42,929 bases of DNA, from NCBI RefSeq assembly GCF_001194135.2, contig NC_068986.1, positions 96,930,761-96,973,689 on the forward strand, written 5' to 3'. The position numbers and the translations under genes are program-made. Of the stretch, positions 35,880 to 42,929 are shown piece by piece. Source of the DNA: Octopus bimaculoides (taxonomy: Eukaryota). The notes beneath the pieces were generated by a model. That model saw only the letters and a list, made by a program, of their open reading frames with translations, had not been told where the DNA came from and made no database searches. The stretch's first letter is position 1, and the number at the start of each line of letters is the position of its first letter.

Positions 35880-36700
35880 TATTATACGTTATTTATGTGT
35901 CGACTTTTACAATGTTGTGCTACTTATTTCGCTTCAATAATTACTCATCTAGTTTCCTATTTTTCGACTTCCATTTAAGATGGTTGTGTTGTTTAACAAT
36001 GTTTCCGTATTAAGCTTTGTTTTATGTTGTCCGTTGTTGCTGATGTAGTCGGTAACAATGTATCATACTTGTTTGCTTAATGTAACAATTACAGTCTGGA
36101 GTTTTGCAATTTCTCCGTTTGCTATCGACATTGTAAATCACATTCGTTATTTGTAGCATGTTCATAAGTTTAGATGCCCGTGGTTTGTTATTGATAAAAT
36201 ATTGTTTAATTTATTTCTTTTAGGCTGTAAAATATCATTAATTTTTGATTATGAAAGCATACAATATTTTATTTTATGAGTGTTTTCATAGCATATTTTA
36301 TAGCTAGTATACATTTGATTCATCTGATGCACTTTACCTCTGGGTTGTTTATTTTCATGAGTAGTGTTTGCTGTTTTACTTCTTTGATATTGGTTTTCTG
36401 TTACACCATGGTCTTGTCTACTAGCTTATTGATATACCCATTGTTTATCAGTTTTTGTTTAATTCTGTAGATTTATAAGTGTAGTGCTGCGTTTGTGAAG
36501 AATGTGACTGTTCTTCTTCTAAGTAGAAACGTCACCACCAACCTATCATATTTATGTGGACACTTGCTATTTCTATGTTCCTGCAGTTATTTACTAGTAT
36601 CTATAGTTTAAATAAACATGATATAACTTTCAATTTCTTCCCTCAAGCTGTACATTTAGAAATTGAGTTATTTTGTTAGACTGCCTGAATATTTCATTTT
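35880..36700 (-). pseudogene. Older Penelope-like relic (RT C-terminus and GIY-YIG)
   Basis: NSKCPHKY..RIKQKLINNGYINKLVD (about 36415-36570), TNVIY..C..DCNCYIKQTS (36065-36147) and TKLNTETLLNNTTILN..IIEA, with many stops and frameshifts. Confidence 0.7.
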
Positions 36701-37697
36701 AGAACAGAGCTGTGTTGTAAGTTATTATTTAATCTCTAGGTGGCTAGTGTATCAAAAACTACAAATATATCAGTATACATGATGTATGTCATATATTTAT
36801 GACTTACTGCAACTTTGTTTTCTATTGAATTTATGTAGAACGTAGGTCCTACTAGAACACATGATTACTCTATCATTTTGTTCATATGACAACTTGTGCT
36901 CGATAGTATCAATTTCCTTTGTATGTAGTTTTATCACTGGGTGCTAAATATAATGTACATCACCAAGACTGTAATAAATCTAAATATTAGGAAGCCTACC
37001 TAAGAGAAAAATACGAATGTAAATACATTCTGTCTACGCGTTTTATGAGCGGAAAATGAGGAGGAAGTTTCTTGACAGAATGTTTCATTGTTTGTTGACC
37101 GCTCCTCGGGGTAGACGTACTGGTTTCATTTGTCAATGCATAGCATATAATATTTAGGTGTAAAACAGTATTCACAAATAAAGGTATTACTTTTGTGAAT
37201 AGCTAATTTGCATATTTGCTCACAAATTTGCAAATCAATCTATCCATTGTATAAATTAGCTATTAGTGACGGAAGCAGCCTTTCTTACGAATATTAATTT
37301 GCATATCCAACTCAATTTGGAACTGTTTCTTTTTATGATCGCAATCCTAACAGTCGTCTCGCATAAACGTTAGGTGCTAAAAAGCACAGATATCAATTGA
37401 CGAAATTTTGTCGCTACCGGCAGATAGGACCGTTGTATCACGTGATTTCATCGTAATTAGTATATCATTACTAACAGATACCCAAGTACCGAATGTCAGA
37501 TTGAAAGTTCGCCAAATCGGTATAGTGTAGCACTGAGTAAACAGGCAGTGATGTAAAAAAAAAAACAAAAAAAACTGGCGGGCTGTGTATAATATGTGCT
37601 CTTTAGACTGCGAGATGACTTCTCAGGACTACTACCACAGTCTATGGCGTGCTTAACAACACATCCAAATAAGATGGATGAGCAAATTAATATCCAC

Positions 37698-37732
<35 letters not shown>

Positions 37733-38066
37733 TTATTTATTTATGTGTTTCAGCCAAGTGGCTGCGGTCATGCTGGTGCACCACCGTGATATATATATAT
37801 ATANNNNNNNNNNNNNNNNNNNNNNNNNNNNNNNNNNNNNNNNNNNNNNNNNNNNNNNNNNNNNNNNNNNNNNNNNNNNNNNNNNNNNNNNNNNNNNNNN
37901 NNNNNNNNNNNNNNNNNNNNNNNNNNNNNNNNNNNNNNNNNNNNNNNNNNNNNNNNNNNNNNNNNNNNNNNNNNNNNNNNNNNNNNNNNNNNNNNNNNNN
38001 NNNNNNNNNNNNNNNNNNNNNNNNNNNNNNNNNNNNNNNNNNNNNNNNNNNNNNNNNTATATATAT

Positions 38067-38114
<48 letters not shown>

Positions 38115-39073
38115 ATGTGTGTGTGTGTATATATGCGCGTGTGTGAATATGTGTTTTTGCGGGTGAATGTCTATCTATCTATCTATCTATCTATCTATCG
38201 TTGATTTTGCCTGAATATTACGTTAATTGTGTACGTGTCCGTGGAATACTCAGCTACTTACACGCTAATTCAAAGGGCAAATCATTTATACATGGGTTTA
38301 TATGTTTGTATGTATGTGTGTGGGTATAGCATATAATTTGTAAAAGAGGAAAACATGCAAACGGCGTCTCTTTAAATAAGCAACTTTTATTGCTCAGTGT
38401 TATTTATATAAGTATGAAAATGAAAAAAATAGTCATAAAAATGTTTGTATGATATAATCTCCACTTTGGAGCTTACTAACGTTTTTGAATCTCTACAAAT
38501 TGAAGACACTTTAGAAAGCTGAATCATTACTGAAGCAAAAAATGATTCAGGAAAACACGCTCAGCCTACAACCTGTTACATACACGATGCTATAAAGTGG
38601 CAACATAATATATTATGGCATCATATGAAAGGGTTAATTGCTTTATACGGAAACCATCAAAATGTCATGCATACTCATTAAAAAAAGATAGATGAAAAAA
38701 AGCAATACAATAAAAAGAAAAATGGAAATGTAAGCAGACCATAGACTGACCGTAAAAAAGTCCAGTTTTGTCCACTTAATGATAGCTTTTCCGAGATAAT
38801 TGGAAGCTAAAGTTGCATTGCTAAATAATAGAGGAAAGTTAGTTAATTCTATACTGTCACAGCAAAGTTGTCTGTGTTATAAGTAAATCCATCAATATTT
38901 AAAATAGACATGTTCAGAATTGAATATCTGAGGCTACTGTTGTTGCTGTTGTTGTTGTTGTTGTTACTGATGTTGTTGTTGTTACTGATGTTGTTGTTGT
39001 TGTTACTAACTAAAAGCTTGGACTGATACATCTCAAGATCAAATGCGTCCTAGCAGGGATTATCCTAATCTTC

Positions 39074-39113
<40 letters not shown>

Positions 39114-39129
39114 TATATGTATATATGAA

Positions 39130-39198
39130 GGCGCATGTGTAGCTGTGTGGTAAGAAGCTTTCTTCCCAACCACATGGTTCCGGGTTTAGTCTCTCTGT
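39130..39198 (+). mobile_element. SINE family A, head only
   Basis: ggcgca..gtagctgtgtggtaagaagctt.cttcccaaccacatggttccgggttt. Confidence 0.7.
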
Positions 39199-39489
39199 AT
39201 TAAAAATGTATTTTTTAAATATCTAACTGTATTTTTTTCTTCGGTCTGAATTTTGTATTTATGTTTATAACTCCAACGGTCCGTTCCGTATTGGTTCATT
39301 ACCGAACTTCATAGTTTAACATCATAAATTTGAATCATTTGCTTGATATGTTCACGGTTTGAATACCGTTATGATGTACGGTTGTATTACATCTCATGTC
39401 TTTTCAACTTGTTTTCTTGCATGTTTTCATAGGTCAACTATGAATGTTGTATATGAATGTTATCTATTTTTATTGTCTGCCTACTACTA

Positions 39490-39593
39490 ATAAGGCCCTG
39501 AGGAGATGCAGTATCCCATATTTTATGATATACACGAATCAATCTGGATATTGCATCAACATGTTCATAGGTCATTATCATTATCATAATAAA
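39490..39593 (+). ncRNA. Decayed type I hammerhead motif in a probable Penelope-like pLTR remnant
   Basis: ataaggcc CTGAGGA GATGCAGTATCC..GGATATTGCATC (12-bp helix II) AAC ATGTTC ATA ggtcattat, followed by AATAAA at 39588-39593. GAAA has lost two bases. Confidence 0.5.
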
Positions 39594-39675
39594 GTATTTT
39601 CAATGGATCAGTTTTGAGCTCTCATTTAAATCGATATAAATAGAAAAACTGAGTATATATATATATATAAAAGTA

Positions 39676-39724
<49 letters not shown>

Positions 39725-39735
39725 NNNNNNNNNNN

Positions 39736-39789
<54 letters not shown>

Positions 39790-40388
39790 GTATATACACA
39801 TATATATATATATATATATATATATCGATATATATATATATATATATATATTCATATAGAAGTATATATATCTATATGTCTATACATATACATACATGTG
39901 TGTGTATGTGTAAATAATTCATTATGTCAATAAATGTTATAATATTATTATGGTTTTCTGTTAAATATATACTCAATATACTGGAAATAAAATGTCTAGA
40001 TGGGCTATTTTTATTCAAAAACTATTACCGTGGTTCACCCCAAAACTGAAGAATCTGAAATAAAAAAAAAAGAAAGGATGTTACACAGAATAATGAAAAC
40101 AATAGCAACGGTGTTGCCATAGTGAGCAAACCAGCTGGGAAAGTTTTACGAAAATCGATTGACAGAAAACCGAGAAATCTTAAATTTCACTCCTAAGCTA
40201 TTAGCGTGGTTTTGTGTGTGTGTGTGTGTGTGCGTGTGTGCGCGCGCGTATGTGTGTATATATAAAATTATAAATACAAGGTAAAGTTTATTAAATAATT
40301 TATATCAGTGGTTAGCATGCGTAATAAAAGTCAGAAGACATAAATATTTAAAAAATATTATACACTATTATATTTAATATATATATAT

Positions 40389-40751
40389 GTTGTTGTTGTT
40401 GGCACTCCGTCGCTTACGACGTCGGGGGTTCCATTTGATCCGATCAACGGAACAGCCTGCTCGTGAAATTAACGTGCAAGTGGCTGAGCACTCCACAGAC
40501 ACGTGTACCCTTAACGTAGTTCTCGGGGATATTCAGAGTGACACAATGTGACAAGGCTGGCCCTTTGAATTACAGGCACAACAGAAACAGGAAGTAAGAG
40601 TGAGAGAAAGTCGTGGTGGAAGAATACAGTAGGGTTCGCCACCATCACCTGCCGGAACCTCGTGGGGCTTTAAGTGTTTTCGCTCAATAAACACTCACAA
40701 CGCCCGGTCTGGGAATCGAAACCGCGATCCTATGACCGCGAGTCCACTGCC
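40389..40751 (-). mobile_element. SINE family B with (AAC)n tail; head runs into gap
   Basis: Reverse complement of 13284-13577, plus a tail ending ..GACGGAGTGCCAACAACAAC. Confidence 0.85.
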
Positions 40752-41051
40752 NNNNNNNNNNNNNNNNNNNNNNNNNNNNNNNNNNNNNNNNNNNNNNNNN
40801 NNNNNNNNNNNNNNNNNNNNNNNNNNNNNNNNNNNNNNNNNNNNNNNNNNNNNNNNNNNNNNNNNNNNNNNNNNNNNNNNNNNNNNNNNNNNNNNNNNNN
40901 NNNNNNNNNNNNNNNNNNNNNNNNNNNNNNNNNNNNNNNNNNNNNNNNNNNNNNTATATATATATATATATGCATACTTACATGCGTACACACATATGTA
41001 AATACATACACTCACACACACACACATATATATATATTGGCAAGGTTTGTG

Positions 41052-41087
<36 letters not shown>

Positions 41088-41499
41088 AAGTAACAGCATC
41101 AACAAAGCAATGGCAAAGGCTATGACAACACCAACAACAACAGCAACAGCCATAACAACAGCAGAAGTAGAAAGAGCTTAGTGCAATTTTTCCTCACACA
41201 TGTAAACGATGCCTGATACTGGTATGCATTTAGAACTTATTTCGTTAATTAAACACTTACAACATTAATTAAACACTTATTCAATTAAGGAAATGCATCT
41301 ACTCTATTATTTATAATTGTTTGTAAAGTAAATGAGATGCATTAAAGTCAGAATCATAAACAAAATGAACTCATTTTTCAGTAACATAACTCAGACTGCG
41401 TTAAGTTTCATATTTTCTCTTTCAAAAAATAGACACTTTAGATAATGTAGTCCTAGATAGATTGCACTAAAAGACGGATCAGTGAAGGATCGTCTACGT

Positions 41500-41798
41500 C
41501 AGGGGTTTACAAACTTTTTGACTTGCGGACCCCTTTATATTTCAGGCTTTACCTTAGGGACCCCCCTTATAAACGCTTATGAAATTTATACACAAATATT
41601 TGCTTAAAATAACATATATTTTTACATTTATTTATTTAACAGTATTTAACAAATAGGTTTATTGTCAATTAAAAGATTTCGATTAAAAAAACATATATAA
41701 AATCAAATTGCCCATAAAAAGTATTTGCTGTCCACGGACCCCCTGTCTTGTCCTTGCGGACCCCCTGCGGTCCGTGGACCACAGTTTGAAAACCCCTG
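41500..41798. mobile_element. hAT (Charlie-like) MITE, 299 bp
   Basis: TIRs CAGGGGTTTACAAACT / AGTTTGAAAACCCCTG (15/16) and an 8-bp TSD gtctacgt / gtctacat. Confidence 0.9.
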
Positions 41799-41814
41799 GT
41801 CTACATAATCGATC

Positions 41815-41985
41815 GATCGACCAGTTAGAAATAACAGAAAAGTTGTCTTCAAATCTCATCCTGTAGTTACAGAAAAGGAGTAACTGGAAAATGTTATTGT
41901 TATTAGAAAATGTTAAGATGGCACGTATTTGATCATAAGTCTGTTGGATAAGGGCTGACCTAGGGCTAAACAACAGCAGCAATAA
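41815..41985 (+). repeat. Dispersed repeat family E (tagaaataacag..aaatct..tcaaatc.cacc.. core); other fragments near 9180, 14935, 19140, 25205, 27420, 27745, 30575, 41436
   Basis: The motif (c/t)tagaaata(a/g)cagccaaat..ctcaaatc(a/t)cacc and the tail ctgacctagggctaaacaac recur at these positions in both orientations. Confidence 0.55.
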
Positions 41986-42074
41986 CAATAGACTAGTATT
42001 TTGCTTCACTTTCTCTCAAACGTTTTACGTTAAATTCTGCTGTAATCATTGATTGCAGTTGATGATGATGTTGT

Positions 42075-42245
42075 TGAGGGTGAAGTGCCGGGCTTAGAGA
42101 ACGGTCAAGATGTTTGGTCCGTGGACTCAGTTATTCGACCGGGTAATGCGTCATGTTGAACAAGGCATTTCATTTCATATTGCTCCAGTTCACTTAGCTG
42201 CTACGCGAGTATGCGTTCAGCTCCTTCCTCCCTAGTCGTCGCATC
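42075..42245 (+). mobile_element. Degenerate tRNA-headed SINE
   Basis: ggcttag..ggtcaagatgtttggt..ttcgaccggg..gtcatgttgaacaaggcatttcatttcatattgctccagttcacttagctg; the central domain resembles that of 16271-16592. Confidence 0.5.
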
Positions 42246-42929
42246 CTCGATGTTTTGCAAGTTTAAGTGTAGGATGGGGAGGCGCGAAGGTATCTATGTT
42301 TGCTCGTGACTACATAAGCACCTAAAACAAATAGTGAAAGCATGGTACGTGCCACCAGGCCATAAATCGCTTGCGATTGACGGTTGGTTGAACTTTTGTT
42401 AATATTTAGCCCCCAAACGACCTTGATACAGCTGAATTACGGCTAAAGGAATTCATGTACTAGTCCCAATCTTTTCAGTTAGGTAGGGTGACTAGCTTGT
42501 CTAACGTGTTCTTCCTTCATGGAAATCAGCAGGATGTGATTACGCAAAGTTTGATTGGTATTTCTTGCAGAGCCAGCAGACACGAAGTGACGCCCTTGTT
42601 GGCCCCGCAGTAATTAATATTGATTTGTTATTTAGCTCTGTTCTGCCCTGATCTAGGTGAAGTCCCAACTGTGCTCATCCTACTTTTAGTATAACAGAAA
42701 CTGAGATTTGCCTTTGGCTGTTCACTGCTGTCATGAAAAACCCAAAACCGAAAGAAAGAGTAGTTTCTCGACTGTTAATATAATAAATATATCTATCCTA
42801 ACGTATCAGATAATATTTGCACTATGTAAAATGCATAGCTGTATATACTACACAACTCTTACATTACGAAATATATGTAATGCAAGATACGTACCTACAT
42901 ACCTACCTTCATATATATATATATATATA

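Overview
This is AT-rich, microsatellite-saturated eukaryotic genomic DNA with 11 N-gaps. It is most likely an octopus (cephalopod) draft scaffold; this is inferred from the tRNA-headed SINE families and the very high (TA)n/(CA)n density and was not verified by search. No host protein-coding gene can be supported, and most ORFs in the track are microsatellite or gap artefacts. The window is a graveyard of mobile elements. It holds about 20 SINE copies or fragments in at least five families, Tc1 and maT-type (DD37D) transposase relics, and four inverted-repeat MITEs, three of them with visible target-site duplications. It also holds Helitron-type ends, two Penelope-like RT/GIY-YIG relics, a Tx1/L1-like RT fragment, an R4/Dong-like relic and a degenerate (TTAGGG)n array. 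The most interesting signal is a set of hammerhead-ribozyme-like motifs read directly from the sequence. The best is a divergent (head-to-head) pair at 7178-7328 whose plus-strand member has an intact CUGACGA/GAAA core, a GUC triplet and all three helices. More decayed motifs lie at 5786, 15649, 35298 and 39490, which suggests several Penelope-derived pLTR or retrozyme-like families. All structure calls were made by eye and need covariance-model searches and cleavage assays.
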